A DNA stretch of 15,590 nucleotides from Candidatus Hydrogenedentota bacterium (GTDB lineage Bacteria; Hydrogenedentota; Hydrogenedentia; Hydrogenedentales; SLHB01), in the NCBI GenBank assembly GCA_003557825.1, contig PWNM01000526.1, positions 1 to 15,590 of the forward strand, given 5' to 3'. The translations under genes and the position numbers were made by a program. Each line of letters begins with the position of its first letter. Position 1 is the stretch's first letter. Under the pieces are notes generated by a model. That model had not been told where the DNA came from, searched no databases, and worked only from the letters and a program-made list of their open reading frames with translations. Of the stretch, positions 1-8,583 are shown piece by piece.

Positions 1-37
1 GAGTAGGGCGAATTGAACACCCGTAGTCGACCGATTT

Positions 38-88
38 GGGGCTGCGAGCGACGGACTGAAGCTTTACCAAGCTTTCGCTCGCAGCCCC
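38..88 (+). terminator. Two-tier stem-loop, possibly an intrinsic terminator of an off-window upstream + gene, followed by ATTTATTG. The outer stem is 13 bp perfect (GGGGCTGCGAGCG/CGCTCGCAGCCCC); the inner stem is 6 bp (AAGCTT x2 around tetraloop TACC).
   Basis: Seen directly: 38-50 pairs with 76-88 and 59-64 pairs with 69-74. A T-rich run (ATTTATT) follows at 89-95. The upstream gene is not in the window, so the function is inferred. Confidence 0.35.
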
Positions 89-255
89 ATTTATTGTCCG
101 CGAAAGTTGCGGCTCAGATACTCGCCGGAAACAAGGCAAACCCATACTTTACCTTTCCCTTACCGGCTTAAGGCGGATTGTCTTACAACGTCACACCCTT
201 TCAATAACAAGCCAACTCACCCCGAACTTACTTATTAACATGTCGGAAAAGCTCC

Positions 256-284
256 TTGACATCTTATTCGGAACGGGTTATAAT
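256..284 (+). promoter_or_regulatory. Sigma70-type promoter with perfect consensus: -35 TTGACA (256-261), 17-nt spacer, -10 TATAAT (279-284).
   Basis: Exact hexamers with the optimal 17-bp spacer lie ~58 bp upstream of the regulator ATG at 342. The surrounding region (100-340) is AT-richer and non-coding. Confidence 0.5.
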
Positions 285-341
285 CCTGATGCAAAAAGAG
301 TATATCCCGCTTACTGCGATTTTTAATTTCATTTCAAACGG

Positions 342-1493
342 ATGGAATATGGCATGGCCCGAAAAGCAGCAGTATACGAACCCGTTAAAATGCATCTGAA
401 ACGATGCATTGAGGACGGAGTGTTCGAGGCAGGCGATATGCTTCCATCCGAGTCGGCTCTAATGGATCGGTTTGGATTGAGTCGCCATCAAGTGCGTCAC
501 GCGCTGCGCGAGCTCGAGATCGAGGGTTATCTCGAACGGTCCCAAGGGCGAGGCTCCTTTGTGACCCCTCAGCATGCCCGCCCCGACAATGCCGTCCGCC
601 TTTATGGCCGCCGAACCGTGGCCATCGCTTTCCCCCATTACAAATCGCTGTATGTCCGTCAACTTATCGAGGGATTCATACAGCGGGTGCTCGATGCCGG
701 CTATCAAGTCGTGATTCAAAACATGCGATACGAAGACGACTCCGAGTATGAATACCTGCGGCAGGCCCCCGAAAGCGGCATCGCCGGATTGGCGGCATGG
801 ATTGGCCGTCCGCAACCTCGAACAACTGAGCTGCTTGATGCCATGAAAGCGAACGGGTTCCCGGTCGTGCTGATGGACCGATATATCCCCAACGTTCCCT
901 TGGACTATGCGGGGTCGGACAACGTGGAACTGGGCTATCGACTCACCCGGGCGCTTATTGACCGGGGACACCAGCACATCGGATTTGTCAATATTGTGGA
1001 TGTCCCTCTTACAAGCGTCGCCGAACGCTTTGAAGGGTACCGCAAAGCCCTCGCCGAGGCGGACCTGCCCGTCTGTGAAACTCTCGAGACGTACCTCACG
1101 CCAGATCAGGATTCCGGGACCATGGTCGTCATGCAGACCATGGCGCAAAAGGAACGGCCGACGGCATTTTTCGCCGTAAACGATCTGGTTGCCCTTGATC
1201 TGGCCGCCGTGCTGTCCCGCCTGGGGTATGACGTCGGAACGGACATAGCAATTGCTTCGGTTGATGACGACCATGTGACTGAAGACAAAGGCTTACCCAT
1301 GCTCCGGGTGGCCCAGCAAGGACGGGTCATCGGCCAAACGGCGGGCGACCTCTTGGCAAGTCGTATCGCCGATCCCGCGCTTTCCCCCCGGTCCATGCTG
1401 ATCGAAGCCGGACCGGTTATTGACGAATCGGAGGTTACAACCGCTTCAGAACAGCAGGAAGGAGGTGTTCCGGCATCTATACCCCATCCATAA
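342..1493 (+). CDS. Transcriptional regulator with an N-terminal GntR-type winged HTH fused to a LacI/GalR-type (periplasmic-binding-protein-like I) sugar-binding effector domain. This is the AraR-like architecture.
   Basis: The N-terminus ...PSESALMDRFGLSRHQVRHALRELEIEGYLERSQGRGSFV matches the GntR HTH pattern. The remainder (TVAIAFPHYKSLYVRQLIEGF..., VNDLVALDLAAVLSRLGYDVGTDIAIASVDD) resembles a LacI-family ligand-binding domain. An alternative start at ATG 354 has a better GGATGG SD-like spacing. Confidence 0.85.
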   Translation: MEYGMARKAAVYEPVKMHLKRCIEDGVFEAGDMLPSESALMDRFGLSRHQVRHALRELEIEGYLERSQGRGSFVTPQHARPDNAVRLYGRRTVAIAFPHYKSLYVRQLIEGFIQRVLDAGYQVVIQNMRYEDDSEYEYLRQAPESGIAGLAAWIGRPQPRTTELLDAMKANGFPVVLMDRYIPNVPLDYAGSDNVELGYRLTRALIDRGHQHIGFVNIVDVPLTSVAERFEGYRKALAEADLPVCETLETYLTPDQDSGTMVVMQTMAQKERPTAFFAVNDLVALDLAAVLSRLGYDVGTDIAIASVDDDHVTEDKGLPMLRVAQQGRVIGQTAGDLLASRIADPALSPRSMLIEAGPVIDESEVTTASEQQEGGVPASIPHP

Positions 1494-1573
1494 ACCAGGG
1501 CCATAGGTCTGTGTGCGCAGATCGGTCCGTGGGATGAACAGCGTTTCACCCCAAAAATGGTATGGTCTACATT

Positions 1574-1593
1574 CGGTATGTAATCGCATACCG
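1574..1593 (+). promoter_or_regulatory. 7-6-7 inverted repeat CGGTATG-TAATCG-CATACCG abutting the SD of the DUF1559 gene. An extra direct GGTATG copy lies at 1558-1563. Candidate operator or 5'-UTR stem-loop.
   Basis: Perfect 7-bp arms (1574-1580 / 1587-1593). AAGGAG (SD) starts 2 nt downstream. No U-tract follows, so it is not a terminator. Confidence 0.3.
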
Positions 1594-1607
1594 TAAGGAG
1601 TATCGTG

Positions 1608-2726
1608 ATGAATAAGAAGAAAGGGTTTACGCTAATCGAACTGCTGGTGGTGATCGCCATCATCGCCATTCTTGCGGCCATTCTACTTCCCGCTTTGGCT
1701 AGAGCCCGGGAGGCGGCGCGGCGCGCGTCATGTCAGAACAACCTCAAGCAGTGGGGGTTGATATTCAAGATGCATTCCGGCGAAAACAATGGTGATTTCC
1801 CGGGGCCAAGACGGTATCTGCCTTGGGGACAAAACTTTAACTTGGCGATGGATCCCGATATTTACCCCGATTACTGGAACGATGTGAACATCAAGTTCTG
1901 CCCTTCGGATAACCGTGTCGTTACCGGTGAACGAGGGCAAATGTGGACGCCCACCATACCGGTGGAAGACGCCCTTGAGGACGCTATCCGCCGAAGCCAG
2001 GAGGATGCGCCCGGAGCGGAAAATGCGCAGAATTGCATCAAGGTCCTGTTATCCGCACCCAATTCTTACGCGTATTTACCGTATATGATCAACAGCAACA
2101 AACAGCTTCGCTGGGCAGGCGAGATGATGTTCGCTTACACAGCCGGAGTGGTTGAGAACATCCAAACGGGTAATGAGCTTTGGGGTGTGAGCGGCTACAC
2201 CGGTCAAGTTGATTGGTTTGGAGCCAGCAACATGAACGGTGCCTGTGCCGATTGGAAGGGCGTTCCTGGCAACCCAGACGAGGTTATGGGCATGTTTCGC
2301 TTGACATCGAACGCCTATCCGCCGAGCTCCCTGTCCGCATCCCATGTGGACATTCGATATGGCGGAGCTTACAGCAACGATCGGGACGATGATGGTTCGG
2401 AATTGCCAAGCAGCTATCCCCGCATCCGCGAGGGCATGGAACGTTTCCTGATCACCGATATCAACAATCCGGCAGCAGGCGCTCGCGCGCAGAGCAGCAT
2501 CGTCGTAAAGTTCGATGCCTGGAGTGCCATGGGGGCCCTAGAGGAGTTTTACGGTGAAAGTGGAACGGTTTTGTTCAACCACATTCCGGGCGGAGCAAAC
2601 GTACTCTATATGGACGGACATGTGGAGTTCATTCGCTTCCGTGAACGGTTCCCCGTAGGTCATCCCGATCCGAATGTAAATTGGTCGGTAAGCTGGGCCA
2701 TGTCGGATTATGCCGGCCAAGGCTAA
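1608..2726 (+). CDS. DUF1559-family protein with a prepilin-type N-terminal cleavage/methylation signal (type IV pilin/pseudopilin-like leader) and a C-terminal H-X9-DG-like motif.
   Basis: MNKKKG^[24 protein letters not shown] is a class III signal with Glu at +5. It is followed by [18 protein letters not shown], which is typical of planctomycetal DUF1559 proteins. C-terminal [17 protein letters not shown] is seen. A strong SD AAGGAG lies 7 nt upstream of ATG 1608. The ORF-track start at 1605 is GTG. Confidence 0.85.
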   Translation: MNKKKGFTLIELLVVIAIIAILAAILLPALARAREAARRASCQNNLKQWGLIFKMHSGENNGDFPGPRRYLPWGQNFNLAMDPDIYPDYWNDVNIKFCPSDNRVVTGERGQMWTPTIPVEDALEDAIRRSQEDAPGAENAQNCIKVLLSAPNSYAYLPYMINSNKQLRWAGEMMFAYTAGVVENIQTGNELWGVSGYTGQVDWFGASNMNGACADWKGVPGNPDEVMGMFRLTSNAYPPSSLSASHVDIRYGGAYSNDRDDDGSELPSSYPRIREGMERFLITDINNPAAGARAQSSIVVKFDAWSAMGALEEFYGESGTVLFNHIPGGANVLYMDGHVEFIRFRERFPVGHPDPNVNWSVSWAMSDYAGQG

Positions 2727-2757
2727 AACCCTCACCACTTTGACGAAAGCATAACAT

Positions 2758-2785
2758 TGCCCCGGCCCCCATTCGGGCCGGGGCA
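2758..2785 (+). terminator. GC-rich hairpin (11-bp stem, loop CCATTC) 32 nt after the DUF1559 stop. Weak U-tract (TGAAATT).
   Basis: ttgCCCCGGCCC ccattc GGGCCGGGGcat; pairing verified base by base. The poly-U is poor, so termination efficiency is uncertain. Confidence 0.4.
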
Positions 2786-2887
2786 TGAAATTCACCCGAA
2801 CAGAAGACACCCCTGTCTTTTGGGGGCCACAGACAAGGAAGTATCCTTACAACTGTTCTGGAAACCAACCGCGAGGGAGACCGTTGA

Positions 2888-4948
2888 ATGAACTCGAGAC
2901 TTTTTTGGACTGGATGTGCGATGCTGACGGCAGGCATATGGAGTATGGCCACAGCAGCAAGCCCTGGCGCACCGAACAGCCACAACGAAAACGAGAACAT
3001 GCGCAACGCCGAATATTGGGTCAAGTTTCCCCATCCCGCCCGTGTCTTTGTCACTGAGGACGCCAACGCCTTTCCCCCGCTATTTGAAGGGGACCAGCAA
3101 GGAATGTTCGGCTCCCTGAGTTTTACCTTGCAGTCCCTGGCGGGACTCGCCGCCCGTACTGTCACCAACGGAACCGACGACGCCATGGTCTGGGTGGATA
3201 TGGTCGGCAATCATAGCATGCAGTGGTGGCTTGCCGATGTGCTGAAACATACCGGCGCGGAACGGATAGACGCGCCGGATCCTGAAGCGTTAATCCGACA
3301 GTTCATCGATGCGGGCCATGTAGACGGGTATATTACCTATGCCGCGGATCAGAGTGACCGGCGGGCCTATACGGATGTTGAAGAGGAGATGCCCGGGTAT
3401 ACGGCATCGGTCAATGTGGCGACGAGCATCGCGCCCTTCTACAACGCCCTGATCATCGACAAACGGGCGGAGGCCTTTCTCCAAGACCTAGGCCTTGAAC
3501 GGCTCATGGATGTAAGCGACCAGGACGAGCGATGGGCTTTCGAAAGCTACCGCGACCGCTTCTCGGATCGGTTGGTCCATATCATTGACCCCAAGGTGCC
3601 TCACATGCGGGATTATGCCATGGCTACCGAATCGGTCGTTGTGTACGGCGTCACCGATCTCACCGACGAGGTGTACCACTGGCTGCCGCCCAATCGCCCT
3701 GTGGTCGGATGGAATGATCGTGATGAATACGTCCAAACCTCGCAGATGAGTCGGGCAGCCACGTTCAGCACGGCGACCAACTGGTTGATTAACGTCCCGA
3801 TTCTGAGTGCAGTCCGCGCTGATGAAGACATACCGGCCGATCAGTTGCGCCTCGATCGGGATCAACCGCTGGATCCTCTGGCGCTGGACTGGCCCGAAGG
3901 TACGCATTACACGGCCTATGTGATGAGCGACGGCGATAACGTGCAGTGGCTCGTGGGTAACTTCGCCGCCCACCAATACTATTGGCAAAGCCCGGTGCGG
4001 GGTGATTTCCCCTTCGGCTGGACCATTCCAACATGGAGCTTGTACCAGATAGCCCCATCCGTCTTGCATCATGTGGCCCGCACCATGACCCCGGTTGAAA
4101 ACGTGTTTAGCCATGGCGCGGGGTATTACTATCCCGATGAATACGCCCGGGATGTGCCCAACCGGGCCGAGGTGCTCGATGCCCGGGCACATCAAGTAGG
4201 CGAGGCGTTCAAACGGACGGGCATGCGCGTGTTGAACTTAATCCTGTATGACTGGGACTGTGACGAGGCCATTGAGGCGTACGAGGCGTATGCCCACCAT
4301 TTACCCGGACTGACCGGGATTCTGGCGGTTCAGTATGCGCCGTACAACGCGGGTCTGGGCGACATCATCTGGGTTGAGAACGCCGATGGCGCGCCCATCC
4401 CCGTGGTGTCGGCCCGGTATGCCATCTGGGCGGGTCTGAGCCACCTCGACAAAAAAGGACCGCCGGCGCTGGTGGCGCAGTACATCAACGAACAGCCCTC
4501 CGAACCGCATGCATTGGGTATGGGCAACTTCGATTGCACCGTCGTGCATGCCTGGTCGCGATTTGTACCGGCCGATACTTCGGATGATATGCTGGCGGAG
4601 GAAAAGGTGGATTTGGATGACCCGGCATCGGTCCGGGCCAGCCGGGTTGGACTTGAACCGGTAGCGTGGTCCGTTAATCGTCTTGATGACCACGTCAAGG
4701 TCATCCGGCCCGATGAGCTCATGTGGCGGATTCGTCTGGCCCAGCGCCCCCGGGAAACCCTGGATAGCCTGGCTCGGGATCTTTATGGCGATCCAGAAAC
4801 CGCATCGTTCCAACGGGAGTTACTAAATGCCTACCGCGCATGGTTGGCCGAAGCGAACTTTGGCGAAGACGGCATCGCTCAAAAAGCGCTCGACGAACTG
4901 CGCCGCATCCGATTCGCCATGACGACTGAGCCTATCGACCCGGAATAG
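2888..4948 (+). CDS. Secreted GxGYxYP-family protein (putative glycoside hydrolase of unknown specificity).
   Basis: N-terminal signal peptide MNSRLFWTGCAMLTAGIWSMATAAS. Exact GxGYxYP motif HGAGYYYPDEY encoded at 4115-4135. Aromatic-rich composition. SD AGGGAGA 9 nt upstream. Confidence 0.75.
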   Translation: MNSRLFWTGCAMLTAGIWSMATAASPGAPNSHNENENMRNAEYWVKFPHPARVFVTEDANAFPPLFEGDQQGMFGSLSFTLQSLAGLAARTVTNGTDDAMVWVDMVGNHSMQWWLADVLKHTGAERIDAPDPEALIRQFIDAGHVDGYITYAADQSDRRAYTDVEEEMPGYTASVNVATSIAPFYNALIIDKRAEAFLQDLGLERLMDVSDQDERWAFESYRDRFSDRLVHIIDPKVPHMRDYAMATESVVVYGVTDLTDEVYHWLPPNRPVVGWNDRDEYVQTSQMSRAATFSTATNWLINVPILSAVRADEDIPADQLRLDRDQPLDPLALDWPEGTHYTAYVMSDGDNVQWLVGNFAAHQYYWQSPVRGDFPFGWTIPTWSLYQIAPSVLHHVARTMTPVENVFSHGAGYYYPDEYARDVPNRAEVLDARAHQVGEAFKRTGMRVLNLILYDWDCDEAIEAYEAYAHHLPGLTGILAVQYAPYNAGLGDIIWVENADGAPIPVVSARYAIWAGLSHLDKKGPPALVAQYINEQPSEPHALGMGNFDCTVVHAWSRFVPADTSDDMLAEEKVDLDDPASVRASRVGLEPVAWSVNRLDDHVKVIRPDELMWRIRLAQRPRETLDSLARDLYGDPETASFQRELLNAYRAWLAEANFGEDGIAQKALDELRRIRFAMTTEPIDPE

Positions 4949-4957
4949 CGCATTACC

Positions 4958-5212
4958 ATGCAGTTGCCCAGGAACAAAATAGGGACAGCAGCGTCGAGAA
5001 GCCTCTTGACGCTGCTTGTTCTTTTTGGCGCATCGATTGGAATGGGGGCAGATGGGGCCCAGGAAGAGCCGGTCACAATTGACGTGTGGGGCCTGGTGGA
5101 GGCCCGCCTTCATCATGGGACTTTCGAGGCCATTCGCGAGTTTGAGCGGCGTCACGAAGGTCGCATCCGGGTCAACGTGGGCACGCCCGTCAGCTCGACG
5201 AGGCCGCCATGA
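4958..5212 (+). pseudogene. N-terminal fragment (~75 aa) of a carbohydrate ABC-transporter substrate-binding protein (family-1 SBP). Homology ends around 5178; the reading frame stops at 5212.
   Basis: Signal peptide, then VTIDVWGLVEA...FEAIREFERRHEGRIRVNV, a typical SBP N-terminus. It starts 9 nt after the upstream stop (operon-like). A normal SBP is 400-450 aa. Confidence 0.6.
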
Positions 5213-5505
5213 TTGACGGGGCATCGAGTTTCACCACCTATCGGCGCATTCTACTCCCGCAATTACGACCGGCCATTATCGCCATCGTTTTATTTCAGAC
5301 CGTGGCCGCCTGGAATGAGTTCATGGGGCCGTTAATCTACATCCATGAAAAGGCCAAAATGCCTCTTTCACTCGGCCTCCAGACCTTTGTCATGAACCAC
5401 GGCAGCGAGTGGCCTCTGCTGTTTGCCGCATCGAGCATGATGACCTTGCCAATAATCGTTTTGTTTTTCTTTGCCCAACGTTTTTTGTCGAGAGCATTAC
5501 CTTGA
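5185..5505 (+). pseudogene. C-terminal ~100 aa of a MalG/UgpE-type sugar ABC permease (EAA-loop region to C-terminus), lacking the N-terminal ~180 aa.
   Basis: Frame +1 (open from 5146) reads ...LDEAAMIDGASSFTTYRRILLPQLRPAIIAIVLFQTVAAWNEFMGPLIYIHEKAKMPLSLGLQTF.... This matches the canonical EAA-x-IDGAS...I.LP...WN.F..PLI permease C-terminus. The listed 'ATG' at 5209 is the internal Met of the EAA motif. Confidence 0.65.
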
Positions 5506-5671
5506 GCGGCATTAAAGGATAATGGACCGAGCCAATGCACTGGATTTGGGGTCGCGGCTTGGGAGCAATGGACATCGGCCATCACAATATGCACAATTGG
5601 CCCCTTAATGTTCGCTTGGGGCCTATGAAACCGGGCGTTTTTACACGCCAAACCTAATACAGGGGAGACTC

Positions 5672-8554
5672 ATGAGCAAAATGGACGTGCGTTTGCACAA
5701 ACTCAACATGTACCGCAACGGGAGTTATTGGAAAGGCTTGGGCCGTCTTGATGACGACGAACGCCGAATCAACGGATTTGTCTGCCCCGAGTACTGGGCC
5801 AATCGAATCTACGCTCAGTTGAAGTATGGTACGCAGTTGTCGGCAATCCGGGACGGCAAATATGACGATGTGTTGGTAGCTGCGGCGGATTCGGTCATAG
5901 ACAAAATGACATCCGAGGGAAGCATTTCCATGGCGGCAGCGCAAGAGGCAGAGACCATGCTCGCCCCGCTGAGCGAGGACGCAAAAACCTTTACCCTCAT
6001 CTGTGTTGCCCACGCCCATATCGACATGAACTGGATGTGGCGCTTCGACGAAACCGTGGCCATCACGTTGGACTCCTTCGCCACCATGCTGGATTTGCTG
6101 GACGAGTATCCCGAATTTACCTTCAGTCAAAGTCAGGCGTCGGTATACAAGATCGTCGAGGATTACGGCCCTCCCGGCATGCTCGAAGCCATTGCCAAGC
6201 GGGCGCAGGAAGGGCGGTGGGAGCCCACTTGCGCGACCTGGGTCGAGGCGGACAAGAACACCCCCAACGGCGAATCCATGGCGCGGCACCTGCTCTATAC
6301 ACGACGCTATATTGCCAAGCTCCTGGGCATCAACGGCGAAAAGCTGCAATTGGACTACGAACCGGACACCTTCGGACATAGCGCTAATGTGCCCGAGATC
6401 CTGAACAAGGCAGGCGTCAAATATTATTACCACTGCCGCGGCTCCCACGATCCCCAGTTGGTCTGGTGGAAGGCCCCCTCGGGCGCGAAGGTGCTTTCGT
6501 TTCGCGATGCCATGGGGTACAACGCGGTTGTCGACGAGACCCTGGCCTGCCAGATGCTGGAGGCATGCAAGGAACTGGGTATCGATACCATGCTCCGCGT
6601 ATACGGCGTGGGCGATCACGGAGGCGGGCCATCGCGCCGAGACATCGAGCGTATCAAAGACATGCAAAGCTGGCCTGTCTATCCGTCCATCCGTTTCGGA
6701 ACCTATGCTGAGTTTTTCAACACCATCGAAGAGAAGTTCGGCGACATCCTGCCGGTTCGCGATTCGGAGATGAATTTCGTCTTCACGGGATGCTATAGCA
6801 GCCAAGCGCGAATCAAAATGGCCAATCGCATCGGCGAGGCCACGCTGAATGAAGCAGAAACCTTCTCATCCATCGCCTCGCTGGAAGCCGGCGCGCCCTA
6901 TCCTGCCGCCAGGTACGAAGAGGCCTGGATCAAGATTCTATTCAGCCAATTCCACGACATCCTCACCGGATCGGGTGTGATGGATACGCGGGAGTACGCC
7001 CTGGGCCAGTTTCAGGAGACCATGGCCGCGGCCAACACGGGCAAGCTTACCGCGATTCGGGCCCTGGCCGCCAAAATCGATACGTTCAAGTACATCACGG
7101 ACGAGCCCAAACAGGCATTCCGCACTGAAGGGGCAGGCGTCGGCAAAGGGGTGGCGGACTTCAGGATCTCCCAGGTTGACCGGGGATGCGGCAGTACGCG
7201 GGTATATCACTTCTTCAACGCTGCGCCCTTTGCCCGGAGCGAGACGGTCGAGCTGACGGTATGGGATTGGTCCACGCCGGAGCTGAAAATGATGGCGTTC
7301 CACGATGAGCACGGAAATCCCGCTGAGTTTATGTTGCTCAATAGCACCACGGAATGGTACTGGTTCCACGATTTTGTCAAAGTATTGCTTAAGGTTGATG
7401 TGCCTGCCATGGGGTATGCCACCTACACGCTCACCCGAAGCGACGACGCCCTGCTACCTCCCCATCCCGACAGCCTGGGTGAAGACCAACGGGTCGAACT
7501 GCCCCACGAATATGTACTCGAAAACGACTATCTTCGGGCCGAGTTCGACGTTCACAGCGGAGTACTCACCTCGTTGGTGGATAAACAGACCGGCAAGGAG
7601 TTCGTAGATCGGAACCAAGGCAGCGGCATCTTTCGGTTGGTCGAAGAGGATACCGATCGGGGTATGACTTCGTGGCGCGTGGGACGTCACATGAATGTGA
7701 ACCCGCTGACGTCGAACGTTCACCTTAAGGAGATCAAGTATCAGGGCGATGCCTTGCGTCAGTCCGTTAGTTTGGAGACCTCCTTTGGCCGAAGTGGCCT
7801 CAGGGCCGTCGTGAGTCTCGACTACGACAGCCCCACATTGAAATACAGCGTGGAATGCGACTGGCATGAAATCGGCAAACCCGGCGACCGGATTCCCCAA
7901 CTCAACTTCTTCGTGCCTGTGGCCTATGACTGTGGCGTCTACAAATATGACATACCATCGGGCGCGCAAGATCGTGAACCCTGCGATATGGACCTGCCGG
8001 GCAACAGCTTCATTGTGGGCATGCCCATCCAGGGCAACCGGGGCATCATGGTATCGGCCGATACGAAATACGGCTTCCGGGGCGTGGACAACTCGATGGC
8101 CGTGGACCTGATTCGCGGCTCCTACGAACCCGATCCCTATCCGGAATACGGCAAGCATGTCATCAACCTGGCCATCGCCGTGGTGGATGTCGCGTCGCCC
8201 CGAGCCCTCATCGAAAAGGCCTACGCTCTATGGCATCCCATCAACGCCGTGGCCGCGCCGGCACATAAGGGAACCCTTCCGCTTAGCGGCAGTTTTCTTG
8301 AAATGGGCGAAGGCAACGGGGCGATGCAGGCCATCAAGATGCCGGAAGACGGCGGCGATGCCATGATCATCCGTCTCTATGAAACCGACGGTAAAGACGG
8401 CTCCGTCAGCCTAAAGCTTTGGAGGGCGCCGAAGGCGGTCCAATTGGTCGATCTGCACGAAACGCCGATCCCGGGTAAGGCGCAGATCGACGGCAACCAG
8501 GTCGTTGTGACCATGTCCGCCCACGAGGTGGTCACCCTGCGTTTGGATTTCTAG
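5672..8554 (+). CDS. Glycoside hydrolase family 38 alpha-mannosidase, cytoplasmic (no signal peptide).
   Basis: GH38 signatures: CVAHAHIDMNWMW (HxHxDxxW), EPDTFGHS, YGVGDHGGGP and FSQFHDILTGSG. Length 960 aa, typical of bacterial GH38. SD GGGGAGA lies upstream. Confidence 0.9.
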   Translation: MSKMDVRLHKLNMYRNGSYWKGLGRLDDDERRINGFVCPEYWANRIYAQLKYGTQLSAIRDGKYDDVLVAAADSVIDKMTSEGSISMAAAQEAETMLAPLSEDAKTFTLICVAHAHIDMNWMWRFDETVAITLDSFATMLDLLDEYPEFTFSQSQASVYKIVEDYGPPGMLEAIAKRAQEGRWEPTCATWVEADKNTPNGESMARHLLYTRRYIAKLLGINGEKLQLDYEPDTFGHSANVPEILNKAGVKYYYHCRGSHDPQLVWWKAPSGAKVLSFRDAMGYNAVVDETLACQMLEACKELGIDTMLRVYGVGDHGGGPSRRDIERIKDMQSWPVYPSIRFGTYAEFFNTIEEKFGDILPVRDSEMNFVFTGCYSSQARIKMANRIGEATLNEAETFSSIASLEAGAPYPAARYEEAWIKILFSQFHDILTGSGVMDTREYALGQFQETMAAANTGKLTAIRALAAKIDTFKYITDEPKQAFRTEGAGVGKGVADFRISQVDRGCGSTRVYHFFNAAPFARSETVELTVWDWSTPELKMMAFHDEHGNPAEFMLLNSTTEWYWFHDFVKVLLKVDVPAMGYATYTLTRSDDALLPPHPDSLGEDQRVELPHEYVLENDYLRAEFDVHSGVLTSLVDKQTGKEFVDRNQGSGIFRLVEEDTDRGMTSWRVGRHMNVNPLTSNVHLKEIKYQGDALRQSVSLETSFGRSGLRAVVSLDYDSPTLKYSVECDWHEIGKPGDRIPQLNFFVPVAYDCGVYKYDIPSGAQDREPCDMDLPGNSFIVGMPIQGNRGIMVSADTKYGFRGVDNSMAVDLIRGSYEPDPYPEYGKHVINLAIAVVDVASPRALIEKAYALWHPINAVAAPAHKGTLPLSGSFLEMGEGNGAMQAIKMPEDGGDAMIIRLYETDGKDGSVSLKLWRAPKAVQLVDLHETPIPGKAQIDGNQVVVTMSAHEVVTLRLDF

Positions 8555-8583
8555 CCGGAGGGCTTCGGGAACCCCCAACACTA

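Noticed and set aside
1-146. Open minus-strand frame from ATG at 146 running off the window start
   Set aside because: The translation runs straight through the palindromic hairpin and has no protein-like features. It is more likely non-coding terminator or structured sequence.
1-350. tmRNA (ssrA) or tRNA on the minus strand, suggested by a GGGTG-TTCAATT-CGCCC T-arm-like motif and a GGGGCUG start
   Set aside because: I could not find a tag-peptide reading frame ending in Ala-Ala-stop. I could not build D/anticodon arms with correct spacing. The region also has to host the regulator's promoter. It is kept only as a low-interest note.
459-1274. 271-aa minus-strand ORF inside the regulator gene. 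Similar antisense ORFs occur at 3488-4195, 7454-8158 and 13796-14377.
   Set aside because: Shadow ORFs of real genes on the opposite strand in GC-rich sequence. No RBS, no recognisable domains.
5209-5505. 98-aa ORF starting at ATG 5209 as an intact small membrane protein
   Set aside because: Permease homology (LDEAA before the Met) continues upstream of the ATG in the same frame. The Met is the conserved residue of the EAA-x-IDGAS motif, so this is a gene fragment.
5654-6805. 383-aa minus-strand ORF entirely antisense to the GH38 gene
   Set aside because: Arg/Gly/Ala/Val-rich low-complexity translation typical of antisense frames in high-GC DNA. The sense strand carries unmistakable GH38 motifs.
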